64,000 nucleotides of DNA from a bacterium. Lineage in GTDB: Bacteria > Fidelibacterota > Marinisomatia > Marinisomatales > JAHJCW01. The stretch spans positions 77,372 to 141,371 of the forward strand of contig JANQGY010000015.1 of the NCBI GenBank assembly GCA_028282845.1, given 5' to 3'. Numbering within the stretch: position 1 is the first letter of the stretch; each line of letters opens with the position of its first letter. This document shows positions 53,158-63,143 of this stretch, in pieces. The notes beneath the pieces were generated by a model that was given only the letters and a program-made list of their open reading frames with translations, made no database searches and was not told where the DNA came from. The translations under genes were made by a program, and so were the position numbers.

Positions 53158-56100
53158 GCAATTCTCCTGATATTGTCAAGAAATCATCATATCTTGAATT
53201 ATCTATATAGCTCAGACTGCTGTTCAATGATAGATTTTTGCCAATTAATATTTGTCCTTGGAAATTAAGCGCTAACGATTTGCCGATCGGCAGACCGTTT
53301 AACGCTTCCGGCGGAATTACAGTATTATTATTATTGTTAACGGTGTTGTAGAATTCAGCTAACACTTTTAAGCTTGTTGTAGATTTGATAAATCGTTTTC
53401 CTTCAAACTTTATTCCGTAAGCAAAAGCATCGAATTTTTGATTATTATGCAATCCGGCATCTTGGCCACCGGAAGTTGAAAGCGCAAATTGCCAGTTTTT
53501 ATCAATACTCCATTTGACTTGTTCCTCAACCCAAAATCCATTCACCATCCTATTGCGTAGTTCCGATATGTTGGATGAATTATCAATTTTATGATATTCG
53601 ATATTAAATAAAGAATTCATATTTTTGACGATGGGTTCGCGCCATTCCAAAACATATTCAGACTGCTTCCTCAAATCATTCCCGCGTGGGTCGGTTCCCG
53701 TTAGATTTTGTGAGAATATGTGCCAATTCCTGATCCTTCGCTTTGAAGTATTATAATCTATTTCATTTCTGATATTAATCTTGGAATTTGAAATTTGGTC
53801 ATCATTTGCAGACGGTGAAAATAGTTTTTCAATCGTCAGTATTTGTCCTCTATACTCAGCTTTAAAATCCGATCTAATATCAAAATCTTTTAATAATTTC
53901 GATTCAGTTTTACCAAAATCAATATAAAACCTTTGTGAACTATTAAAATGAGTGGTCAAATCCCTTGCTCCTGTCAAAACGGTATAACTTATATAATCCC
54001 CGTTCGAATCCGATATGTATTCGTTGAATTCTTCATCATATCTATAAGAACCCAATCCTGTACCAACAGAATCATAGACCACCGCCCGTGATTCAGTGTA
54101 AGTCTCTTCCAATTTTGCTAAGAGTTCCCACCTCACCGGACTCAGTTTGTTAACATATCTGAGGTTCGCTGTTCCGATTGCATAATTTAGTGCTTCATAG
54201 GTCTGCTGATTATTAGATATTCTTTTTTTGAAAATGATCTCTCCCGACCAATATTTGTTGACTTTTCCACTGATCTCAAATTCTCCGAATAAATCTTCCC
54301 TTGTTAATTCTAATTTGGAGGAATCAGCAATTGATGGTGCCTGATCTTTGCGTTGTGTTATTGATGCTGATAAAATATTTTTATTCTTAGAATAGATAAA
54401 TCCCAATCGGGTTACATCAAATCTATAACTTTCCTCTTCATATTCTCCGCTATAACTAAATGTCGGATGAAAATTGCCGGAGAACAATTGCGTATTAAAT
54501 ACATACTGATAGAAATCAGTACTGTCCGAATTAACGTGATTTATATTTGCATAATACTTTGGAATGAACTTTGTACCTCCTGAAATATCAAATACCAAGC
54601 GATCCCGACTGCCTTGATCGGATATATACTGCGATAAAGTTGTTGACGATTTTAATAATTCATTTAATTTCACATTAATATTTCCGGCCAACAATGATTC
54701 TTGGCCTTCTGGAGAATTATCAATATTCCATTCACGATTGAACAAGGGATCACGCTCGTTGCTTATTTCATTAAAATTTTTGTAGCGCTGCCAATTGATA
54801 ATTCCATAGTCAAATTCAGCATCTTGAAATAACTTAATTTCTGCACCGCTAATAGCGACATTATAAGCCAGTCCTAAATTATCATCGTCATTTACGTTGG
54901 AATAAATATTTTTGTCCAAATTGGACAACGAAATATCCCAAATAGTTTTGAATTTGTTAGTGGTATTAATACTTCCGAAAAACTGATATAATTCATGATT
55001 AACCGGTTTATTTACAGTTGTATAAGGAACGTAAAGATCAATATTATCGGCCCGATCAACTTCATTCACATATTCAAAATATATCTCGCCCAAATCACTA
55101 ATTTGGCGGATATACTCACCATTTTCATTATCATTTTGAAAAATAACAGAATATTTGGTTGCCGTTTGATTATCCGGTGAATAAATATATTTGCCATTAA
55201 GCAATATATATTTTCCGTCTTCATCCTGCTTAGCTCCGGAAGCAATCAAAATATTATCACCAACAATTTCCAATGAATCCAATATTACCGAATCGGAAAT
55301 TTCATCAGTATCTAATACATCTTTCTCCTTCAGCCAGGAAAAACCAATTGAACCCCACTTCCCCATCTTTCGTTTTATGGCACTGCTTATAACATTTCTG
55401 CTATATTGATAATCAGAATATTGGTATTCAACATAAATATCGGTATCAAAATCAATTAAGATTCGCGGCGTAAAAGTTATTTCAGCAGTACTGTAATCAA
55501 TTGTGTAATCAAAATTTTCGCCGCGCTTGACAATTTCGCCATTTACATAAACCTTTTCTGTACCCGCTAATACAATAATATCTCGATTTCCGGTTTCCGA
55601 TGTCAACGCATAAGGTCCCTGACTACCATCGGAACCCTTAAATTCTAATTTGAAATAGCGACCCTGTGAACTGGCTAAAGTTGCCTGAACTGCCCAATCA
55701 TTATATTCCAGCTCGCCGCGCAATCCTTCCAATTTTCTATTTACATTCAAATATTTGCCGGTATTTATTGAATAATCAATATCACCGGCTATTATCTGAA
55801 ATATCGGATGTTTAACATGCAAATAAACCTTATCAATTTCATCTAATGTTTGAGTTGTACCTTCCGGCTGAATTGGAATACTCTGATCCGATAAAACTCC
55901 GCTTACAGTTATATCATCGGATAATTGACCCTGCAATTGCAGTTGCAAGCCGCCGCTGAAATCCGAACCGCCGATCGGTGAAACGGAAATATTTCTGTAG
56001 ATGGTACCGGTCGTTGCTAATATGGTTTTTTGTTGTTCATCGTTATTCGGTAAAATGCGCCTAATACTTTCAATTGGTGGTTTATTTCTAACCATTAATG

Positions 56101-56422
56101 AATCTAAAGCCAGTAACTCTATATACAGTGGACCAATTTTTATCGGCAAAGGTTGCGCTAAGTATTTATACGATATTATATACTCTTCAGTATTTACGGC
56201 AGGTTTTGCTAATCTTATCTCGCCGGAAATTGTATTTAATACAAGATCATCAACAAGTTTACCTTTATTGAATACAAATAAACTTGAATCTATTATAAAA
56301 GGTTGTAGCATAATACTTTGTTGTCCCTTAGATACTTGAATAGTATCAACGGTGGAAATTGTCTGAGCTACAAGAAAATTGGTGACAATTATGAACGGGA
56401 AAAATCTATTCAAGACCAACAT
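53144..56422 (-). CDS. Very large outer-membrane protein (1092 aa), function unknown
   Basis: It has a signal peptide, alternating beta-strand-like sequence throughout, and a C-terminal ...GELRAYF (terminal aromatic residue typical of OMP beta-signals). Confidence 0.65.
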   Translation of the reverse strand: MLVLNRFFPFIIVTNFLVAQTISTVDTIQVSKGQQSIMLQPFIIDSSLFVFNKGKLVDDLVLNTISGEIRLAKPAVNTEEYIISYKYLAQPLPIKIGPLYIELLALDSLMVRNKPPIESIRRILPNNDEQQKTILATTGTIYRNISVSPIGGSDFSGGLQLQLQGQLSDDITVSGVLSDQSIPIQPEGTTQTLDEIDKVYLHVKHPIFQIIAGDIDYSINTGKYLNVNRKLEGLRGELEYNDWAVQATLASSQGRYFKLEFKGSDGSQGPYALTSETGNRDIIVLAGTEKVYVNGEIVKRGENFDYTIDYSTAEITFTPRILIDFDTDIYVEYQYSDYQYSRNVISSAIKRKMGKWGSIGFSWLKEKDVLDTDEISDSVILDSLEIVGDNILIASGAKQDEDGKYILLNGKYIYSPDNQTATKYSVIFQNDNENGEYIRQISDLGEIYFEYVNEVDRADNIDLYVPYTTVNKPVNHELYQFFGSINTTNKFKTIWDISLSNLDKNIYSNVNDDDNLGLAYNVAISGAEIKLFQDAEFDYGIINWQRYKNFNEISNERDPLFNREWNIDNSPEGQESLLAGNINVKLNELLKSSTTLSQYISDQGSRDRLVFDISGGTKFIPKYYANINHVNSDSTDFYQYVFNTQLFSGNFHPTFSYSGEYEEESYRFDVTRLGFIYSKNKNILSASITQRKDQAPSIADSSKLELTREDLFGEFEISGKVNKYWSGEIIFKKRISNNQQTYEALNYAIGTANLRYVNKLSPVRWELLAKLEETYTESRAVVYDSVGTGLGSYRYDEEFNEYISDSNGDYISYTVLTGARDLTTHFNSSQRFYIDFGKTESKLLKDFDIRSDFKAEYRGQILTIEKLFSPSANDDQISNSKINIRNEIDYNTSKRRIRNWHIFSQNLTGTDPRGNDLRKQSEYVLEWREPIVKNMNSLFNIEYHKIDNSSNISELRNRMVNGFWVEEQVKWSIDKNWQFALSTSGGQDAGLHNNQKFDAFAYGIKFEGKRFIKSTTSLKVLAEFYNTVNNNNNTVIPPEALNGLPIGKSLALNFQGQILIGKNLSLNSSLSYIDNSRYDDFLTISGELRAYF

Positions 56423-57209
56423 TGATCGTATAAATTTGGTCTTCTATTAAAAGGTATAACAAATTATCCGGTTGATGGATATCCATAATAGTTTTTTCTA
56501 TGGCTATTTTATCCTTTTTACCACTGATTAGATTTATGATAAAATTGAATTGGTCTATCGCAAACCACTCAACACCTTTTTTAAAAATAAAATTATAATC
56601 GCTGTTAGCGGGGAAAGATTTTTCCAACTGACCTAACCGATTAAAGATTACAACTGATTGCTCGTAAACCACTCCGATACTGCCGTCCTTTGCACTGTAT
56701 AGATATTTTGGAGATAATCGTGAAAAATTGTAGATGCTTAAATCAATAAATTGATTTAACTCGAAGGTAGTATTATCAATTTTATATATTTTATCTTCTA
56801 ATTCGGAGTATAATAAAATATTACCCCAGTCATCAATGGTGGTTGCGCTTGGGTAAATATCGCTGAACCCTATTGTTTCCAAATAATTCAATTTATGATC
56901 AAAGGCAATCAGTTTATTCTCTGTTCCGTCAACAATCCAAACATTCAACTTTGATGACAATATATCAATCGGATCAATAAAAGCATCACCGGTTGTACCG
57001 TAACCACCGGAATATTTTATGGAATTATCATTTCCAAAAAATGCAACTTGACGATTATCTGTATCTAATAAATAAATACCGGCATTGTTGACGCAAATTT
57101 TATTTGCAGCTACTTCAACATCATTAAATTGTAGTTTTAGATTGAGCAGCTCATTTTGCGAGAAAAGCAAATTAGCAAGCACTACAACTAAAATAATAAG
57201 ATTACGCAC
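56406..57209 (-). CDS. Secreted beta-propeller-like protein (NHL-repeat-like)
   Basis: It has a signal peptide (GTG start) and repeats such as FIDPIDILSSKLNVWIVDGTENKLIAFD. Confidence 0.5.
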   Translation of the reverse strand: MRNLIILVVVLANLLFSQNELLNLKLQFNDVEVAANKICVNNAGIYLLDTDNRQVAFFGNDNSIKYSGGYGTTGDAFIDPIDILSSKLNVWIVDGTENKLIAFDHKLNYLETIGFSDIYPSATTIDDWGNILLYSELEDKIYKIDNTTFELNQFIDLSIYNFSRLSPKYLYSAKDGSIGVVYEQSVVIFNRLGQLEKSFPANSDYNFIFKKGVEWFAIDQFNFIINLISGKKDKIAIEKTIMDIHQPDNLLYLLIEDQIYTINVGLE

Positions 57210-57220
57210 TGTACACCGTG

Positions 57221-57928
57221 CTACTGTTGTGCTATGATTATAAGGTTATAGAAACTATGCGTATAAGCAACGACACCAAATCCACGTATGGCATAAATAT
57301 ATCCCAAATAGATGCCTGCTAAAAAACGGATCATAAATGGGATCATGCTAATTTCATCGGCAAATTCGCCGATAAAATGAAAATAAGCAAAAATCGCTGC
57401 TGCGATAAAAACAGCGAAGGTCATTTTATACCAATACTTTTCTTTAAAGAATAAATTTAGAATCACTACTATGATCCCGATCAGTAATACCCGGAATAAA
57501 AATTCTTCAAATAATCCCGATCCGACTGCAAGGATAATCTGTTGTAATAATTGCCGACTGTTTTCGTTCAATAAAAATAATTGGCTTTGCAATAGAAAAA
57601 TGTGCAGTACCACTGCCCATAACAAGCTTTCAAATAATATAAACAGAAAATGCGTGCTCCGCAAACTTAACTTTCTGGACTTTTTTCTATTTAATATAAA
57701 TACTGCAAAAAGGCTTATGATTAAAATTATACTAATTACATAGATGCCTACTGTTCCAAGATTTTCAAAAATATTGCGAATTAATACATCAACGCTGTTC
57801 CGTACCGTAGGTAGATCATCTGATGAGACAAACAGAATTCCAAGCTCGTAAATTATGAACAACGGTAAAACATATATTGCACTGTTTAAGGGTGATTTGG
57901 TTTGTTTGAAATAACCGTTGACTAACAT
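57221..57928 (-). CDS. CPBP-family intramembrane glutamic endopeptidase (CAAX protease-like)
   Basis: It has the motifs EEFLFR, FAYFH and HSFYN in TM helices. Confidence 0.85.
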   Translation of the reverse strand: MLVNGYFKQTKSPLNSAIYVLPLFIIYELGILFVSSDDLPTVRNSVDVLIRNIFENLGTVGIYVISIILIISLFAVFILNRKKSRKLSLRSTHFLFILFESLLWAVVLHIFLLQSQLFLLNENSRQLLQQIILAVGSGLFEEFLFRVLLIGIIVVILNLFFKEKYWYKMTFAVFIAAAIFAYFHFIGEFADEISMIPFMIRFLAGIYLGYIYAIRGFGVVAYTHSFYNLIIIAQQ

Positions 57929-57930
57929 AC

Positions 57931-59733
57931 TTAATCGGTTTCAATTTGTAATACTGCGAGCAAAGCTTCCTGTGGTACTTCCACTTTTCCGATCATTTTC
58001 ATGCGCTTTTTACCTTCTTTCTGCTTCTCCCAAAGTTTTCTTTTACGCGTTATGTCCCCACCGTAGCATTTTGCTGTTACATTTTTCTTTATGGCTTTTA
58101 CAGTTGTCCGGGCAATCACTTTTGTACCCAAGGCTGCTTGAATAGCAACTTCAAACATTTGTCTTGGTATGAGTTCTTTTAATTTCCGGCAAAGCGCGTT
58201 ACCGCGATGGTAAGCGTCATCGGCGTGGCAAATAATTGAGAGCGCATCAACCGGTTCGGAGTGAATTAAAATGTCCAACTTCTTGAGATTCCCCGCTCGA
58301 AATTCAAATACTTCATAATCAAAAGAGGCATAACCGCGCGAGATGGATTTTAGTTTATCATAAAAATCAAAGATTATTTCACCAAGCGGCAATTCATAAT
58401 GCAATTGCGCTTTATCACTCGATAAATAGTTTGTATTCTTATAAATTCCTCTCTTCTTTTGGCAAAGAGTCATTATTCCGCCGATATATACTTTGGGAGT
58501 AATTATCTCGGCATTAACAAAGGGCTCCATTACTTCTGAAATATCCTTTGTAGCGGGCATTTTAGCCGGTGTATCTACTTCGATAATATCGCCTGAAGTT
58601 AATTTAACTTTGTAGCGAACATTTGGTGAAGTTGTAACAAGCGAAATATCAAATTCGCGTTCCAAGCGTTCCTGAATGATCTCCATGTGCAGTAAGCCAA
58701 GGAAACCGGCTCTAAAACCGAAGCCCAAAGCACCGCTTGTTTCGGGTTCATAAATCAAAGATGCATCATTGAGTTTTAACTTATCAAGTGCTTGTCGCAA
58801 TTGTTCAAAATCATCGGCATCAGCGGGATACAGCCCGGAAAATACCATCGGCTTGATTTTCTTATAGCCGGACAAACGCTCAGTTGCCTCATTCTGTTTT
58901 ACTGTTAATGTGTCGCCGGGCTCAATGTGTTCAACCTCGCGAATATTGGCAATTACATAACCCACATCACCTGCTTTTAATTCTTTGGTCGGAAGATGCT
59001 TTAATACAAAATGTCCGACCTCGGTTATCTCATAGCGTTCCGGGTGAGCGAAAAATTGAGCGGTCATACCGGCTTTAATTGATCCGTCAAATACCCGGAT
59101 ATACGGTATCGCACCGCGATAATTATCGTACATCGAATCAAATATCAAGGCTCGCGTTGGCTGCTCCTGATTATCAATTGGCGGTGGAATCAAGTCAACA
59201 ACAGCATCCAAAATATTTTGTACACCGGTTCCCTCTTTGGCGCTTACACGAATTATTTCATCCGCATTGCAGCCAACTAATTCCATGATCTGATGTGTAA
59301 CATCGTCTATTCGAGCACTTGATAGATCAACTTTGTTAATCACCGGTATTATAACAAGATCATTCTCAATCGCCAAATATGCATTGCTGACGGTCTGCGC
59401 CTCAACACCCTGTGCGGCGTCAACCAATAGAAGAGCCCCCTCGCAAGCTGCCAAAGAACGGGATACTTCGTAAGAGAAATCAACATGTCCGGGTGTATCA
59501 ATCAAATTTAAAATATAATCTTGTTCATCCGAATGTTTGTACTTCATTTGAATAGGATGGCTTTTGATGGTTATCCCCCGTTCACGTTCCAAGTCCATAT
59601 CATCAAGGACTTGAGCTTTCATCTCTTTTTTGTTAATTGTATTGGTCTCTTCCAATAACCTATCGGCAAGCGTTGATTTTCCATGATCAATGTGGGCAAT
59701 TATGCAAAAATTTCTTATTCGTTCAGTTGACAT
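57931..59733 (-). CDS. lepA: Elongation factor 4
   Basis: 600 aa with IRNFCIIAHIDHGKSTLADR, DTPGHVDF, NKVD and the LepA C-terminal domain. Confidence 0.97.
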   Translation of the reverse strand: MSTERIRNFCIIAHIDHGKSTLADRLLEETNTINKKEMKAQVLDDMDLERERGITIKSHPIQMKYKHSDEQDYILNLIDTPGHVDFSYEVSRSLAACEGALLLVDAAQGVEAQTVSNAYLAIENDLVIIPVINKVDLSSARIDDVTHQIMELVGCNADEIIRVSAKEGTGVQNILDAVVDLIPPPIDNQEQPTRALIFDSMYDNYRGAIPYIRVFDGSIKAGMTAQFFAHPERYEITEVGHFVLKHLPTKELKAGDVGYVIANIREVEHIEPGDTLTVKQNEATERLSGYKKIKPMVFSGLYPADADDFEQLRQALDKLKLNDASLIYEPETSGALGFGFRAGFLGLLHMEIIQERLEREFDISLVTTSPNVRYKVKLTSGDIIEVDTPAKMPATKDISEVMEPFVNAEIITPKVYIGGIMTLCQKKRGIYKNTNYLSSDKAQLHYELPLGEIIFDFYDKLKSISRGYASFDYEVFEFRAGNLKKLDILIHSEPVDALSIICHADDAYHRGNALCRKLKELIPRQMFEVAIQAALGTKVIARTTVKAIKKNVTAKCYGGDITRKRKLWEKQKEGKKRMKMIGKVEVPQEALLAVLQIETD

Positions 59734-59827
59734 GGACTGAAAATACGGTAATTGCCATTGATTTAGAATTTAAAATTATAGATGTCGTAGAATCCCGGTC
59801 AGGTCAAGGATGATAAAAACAGTGCAT

Positions 59828-60092
59828 TGTCATTGCGAGGAGTAGAACGACGAAGCAATCCTTCTGACTAAAATAAATTGAAGAGATTGCTTTGCTTCGC
59901 TCGCAATGACAGATTATTATTTTCCCCTCACCAATTAAGAAATGTCTTGATTGCGGTATGGGGTAGTCTTGACACACCCCGACCAGCTACGCAATCCATC
60001 CCCTCAAGAGGGGAATAAAAAACATGTCATTCTGATCGTAGTGAAGAATCTAATCTGATATTATATAGATCCCCAATGAAATCGGGGGTGAC
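59828..60092. repeat. Island of palindromic repeat units (GTCATT...AATGAC family)
   Basis: 59828-59909 is GTCATTGCGAGGAG..CGACGAAGCAATC / GATTGCTTTGCTTCGCTCGCAATGAC. Hairpin 59999-60014 is TCCCCT-CAAG-AGGGGA. 60026-60092 runs GTCATTCTGA..GAAGAATC...GATCCCCAATGAAATCGGGGGTGAC. Confidence 0.8.
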
Positions 60093-60105
60093 AAAAACAC
60101 TAAGT

Positions 60106-61020
60106 TCAATTATTTGCAATATCTTTGCTTACAAAAACTTCTAATTCCTCACGCAATACTTTAACGTTAATAGGCGTACTGCCAATCGTTTCGCCATCAC
60201 AGTTCAGCGGATCATGTTCGGTAGGAATAATGGAATAACTATCTACTTGTACATATTCAAGAATATCGGAATGGATGTGCTCACCCGTAAAAATCTTTGG
60301 AAACAAATTAAGCATTTCTTTGCGCGTGGCATCCCTTACAATTGATAAATCTATCAAACCATCATCAAGCTTTGCCTTGGGTCCCATACGCATTGAACTG
60401 CCGGTGTATTGTGTCATGCTCCCCAAAATAAAAGTGAACTTTTCATCGTATTTTTTACCGCCAAAAGAAACTTTTGCAGGTCTGAGTTTATGACTCATTA
60501 TCTCCATTAAAGCGGCGTAAGTATAGCGGTTCTCCCCCATCCATCTGACACCTTCCGCGCGCAAATTAATATCGGTTATCATTCCATAACCGATAATATT
60601 AAAAGCATATACTACTTTGTGCTCCATCGTTATTTCTGCTAAATCAATTTTTTTTGTATATCCTTTAACTATCCACTTGGTAGCCTCAATCGGGTCCAAA
60701 CATTGAAAATCATTCATCAGAGAATTGCCGGTGCCGGCCGGAATTAATCCGATGGGTAAACGCCTGTGATCTGAGCGCAACCACATGCCGTTAATGGTCT
60801 CGTGCATTGTACCATCTCCTCCCACCAAGCAGATGCTTTCAAATTCCTCAATTTCCATCGCCCTTGCGATATCTTTGGCATGTCCGGCATATTTTGTTAT
60901 GATAATTTCCAATTCGATTCCACCGGCTTCAAATACCGGTTTGATACTTTCCAATATTTTCAATCCATTGCGCAGCCCACCGGTGGGATTTACGACCAAT
61001 AAAATTCTTCTAACGCTCAT
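60106..61020 (-). CDS. Diacylglycerol/lipid kinase family protein (YegS/BmrU-like)
   Basis: It has LLVVNPTGG, LVGGDGTMHETING and IPAGTGNS. Confidence 0.88.
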   Translation of the reverse strand: MSVRRILLVVNPTGGLRNGLKILESIKPVFEAGGIELEIIITKYAGHAKDIARAMEIEEFESICLVGGDGTMHETINGMWLRSDHRRLPIGLIPAGTGNSLMNDFQCLDPIEATKWIVKGYTKKIDLAEITMEHKVVYAFNIIGYGMITDINLRAEGVRWMGENRYTYAALMEIMSHKLRPAKVSFGGKKYDEKFTFILGSMTQYTGSSMRMGPKAKLDDGLIDLSIVRDATRKEMLNLFPKIFTGEHIHSDILEYVQVDSYSIIPTEHDPLNCDGETIGSTPINVKVLREELEVFVSKDIANN

Positions 61021-61023
61021 ATT

Positions 61024-61476
61024 TTACTCTTTACGATAAATGTTATCACCGATTTTGAGAACTTCGATTTTGACCATTGCTGTGCCATTGCTGATAAAAC
61101 CTAATTTCACAGCCGCTCCATACGAGCAGTCGAGAATCCGATTCTTGATAAAAGGTCCGCGATCATTGATGCGCAGCTCGATAATTTTATTATTCTCAAG
61201 ATTGGTTACTTTAACTATTGAATTTAAGGGTAGGGTTTGATGAGCCGCCGAAATTCCATACATATTATATATCTCACCGTTAGCTGTTCTGCGTCCATGA
61301 AATTTATCGGCATAATAAGAGCTTATTCCGTATTGAATATCACCTACTTTTGACGGTTCTTGTATTCCATACTCGGTGGTTGATGTTATGGTTGGTTTGT
61401 TGCCGGCACAGCTAAATAGCAAAAGCATAAAAAAGAGGGCAAATAAATGACATACGATATATTTAATCTTATACAT
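61024..61476 (-). CDS. rlpA: RlpA-family lipoprotein (DPBB domain)
   Basis: It has the lipobox LLFSC and SYYADKFHGRRTANGEIY...VKVTNLENNKIIELRINDRGPF. Confidence 0.85.
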   Translation of the reverse strand: MYKIKYIVCHLFALFFMLLLFSCAGNKPTITSTTEYGIQEPSKVGDIQYGISSYYADKFHGRRTANGEIYNMYGISAAHQTLPLNSIVKVTNLENNKIIELRINDRGPFIKNRILDCSYGAAVKLGFISNGTAMVKIEVLKIGDNIYRKE

Positions 61477-62389
61477 ATAATTCTACCGCACCTATTAATT
61501 TGGAATAATGGGTTACAGATTGTTGCTTACAGTACTTAATTAAATTATGCTCTACATCTTTATAGAGATTTGGATTATTGAAATTGGCAGTTCCAATTTG
61601 AACGGCTGTGGCACCGGCTAACAAAAATTGGATTACATCCTGAGCATTTGAAATACCACCAATTCCAATGATTGGAATATGCACAACTTGCGCTATCTTG
61701 TGAACCATTGCCAAAGCAATCGGTCTGATTGCCGGCCCGGATAAACCGGCATAGGTTTGGTGAATCGCCGGTTTCTTTATATTGGTATCTATTTGCATTC
61801 CGACAACAGTATTAATAGCTGAAACTGCATCGGCACCGGCTCTTTCTACCGCAAGGGCGATTTTTGTAATGTCAGTAATATTTGGCGACAATTTTATGAT
61901 CAATAATTTCTGAGATAGTTTTCTTAGTTCTGTAGTCAGCTCAAATGATAGCTTTTCATCAACTCCGAATTCCATTCCGCCCCTGTCCACATTGGGGCAA
62001 GATATATTTATTTCATATCCTGTAATATCAGTACTTGAACTTTCTAATTCAGATAATACTTTAATATATTCATCAATCGTTGAGCCGGCAATATTTACAA
62101 TTATTTTGGTGCTCAATGAATCATACTTTGGGATTACATCATTGATAAAATTATTCAATCCGATATTTGCTAAACCGATTGAGTTTAGCATACCGCACGG
62201 TGTTTCCACGATTCTTGGCGGTGGATTTCCTTTGCGTTGCTCTAAAGTAATGGATTTGGTCACAATTGCCCCGATTTTGCTCACATCAACCATATCGGGA
62301 TAATCATGCCCGTAACCAAATGTGCCTGATGCCGTAAAGAGTGGATTATTAAATTCTACTGAGCCGATTTTGCATTTCAGATCAGTCAA
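61469..62389 (-). CDS. pyrD: Dihydroorotate dehydrogenase, class 1B catalytic subunit
   Basis: It has NPLFTASGTFGYG, NISCPN and GIGGI. TTG start overlaps the pyrK end. Confidence 0.92.
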   Translation of the reverse strand: MTDLKCKIGSVEFNNPLFTASGTFGYGHDYPDMVDVSKIGAIVTKSITLEQRKGNPPPRIVETPCGMLNSIGLANIGLNNFINDVIPKYDSLSTKIIVNIAGSTIDEYIKVLSELESSSTDITGYEINISCPNVDRGGMEFGVDEKLSFELTTELRKLSQKLLIIKLSPNITDITKIALAVERAGADAVSAINTVVGMQIDTNIKKPAIHQTYAGLSGPAIRPIALAMVHKIAQVVHIPIIGIGGISNAQDVIQFLLAGATAVQIGTANFNNPNLYKDVEHNLIKYCKQQSVTHYSKLIGAVELYV

Positions 62390-63143
62390 AACTTACCTCA
62401 TTATAATTAAAGACGGGACCATCTTTGCAAACTAAATAATAATTTTCACCATTTGAAATTGCGCAGCCCTGACAAAATCCAAAGCCGCAAGCCATATAGC
62501 TCTCCACCGAAAATTGTCCCGGCACTTTTAAACCGATCAAATATTTTTTAAGCGCCTTGAGCATCGGTTCAGGACCGCAGGCATAAACAAAAGGATTCTT
62601 AACAGAATTATTAATTCTATTTAAAACATCAATAACTGTTCCTTGTGTACCGGCTGAACCATCATCCGTACTTAAATACAAATTATCCTTGGGATAATTC
62701 TTGACAAAATGCTCTTCGGCAGTCTTTGCACCGATAATAGTAACGGGACGTTTGCCAACGTTATCAAAATATTCAGCTAAATTCAATATCGGGGCTAATC
62801 CAATTCCGCCGCCTACCAAAACCGGTGTATAGTCCATATCTTCAAGATTAAATGTATTTCCAAGCGGACCAAGGACCTCTACATAATCACCTTCATTAAG
62901 TGTTTTAAATGCTTGTGTTACAGAGCCGAATATTTTATAAATAATTGTAATGATATTATCTTTGGCGCCTGCGATGCTCATAGGTCTTCGAATCAAGTTC
63001 TCTTTGCGATTAATTACTGATAGAGTAATAAATTGCCCCGGTCCTCTATATTCCCTTGCTATTTCCGGCGCATAAAACTCCATCCGCCAAATGTTACGGG
63101 CTACTTCTGAATTATTACGAATTTCAGCTTGCGAGATTACCAT
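62382..63143 (-). CDS. pyrK: Dihydroorotate dehydrogenase electron-transfer subunit
   Basis: It has the FAD/NAD-binding RRPMSI and GGGIGLAP, plus the C-terminal 2Fe-2S Cys cluster CGFGFCQGC...C. Confidence 0.9.
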   Translation of the reverse strand: MVISQAEIRNNSEVARNIWRMEFYAPEIAREYRGPGQFITLSVINRKENLIRRPMSIAGAKDNIITIIYKIFGSVTQAFKTLNEGDYVEVLGPLGNTFNLEDMDYTPVLVGGGIGLAPILNLAEYFDNVGKRPVTIIGAKTAEEHFVKNYPKDNLYLSTDDGSAGTQGTVIDVLNRINNSVKNPFVYACGPEPMLKALKKYLIGLKVPGQFSVESYMACGFGFCQGCAISNGENYYLVCKDGPVFNYNEVSFD

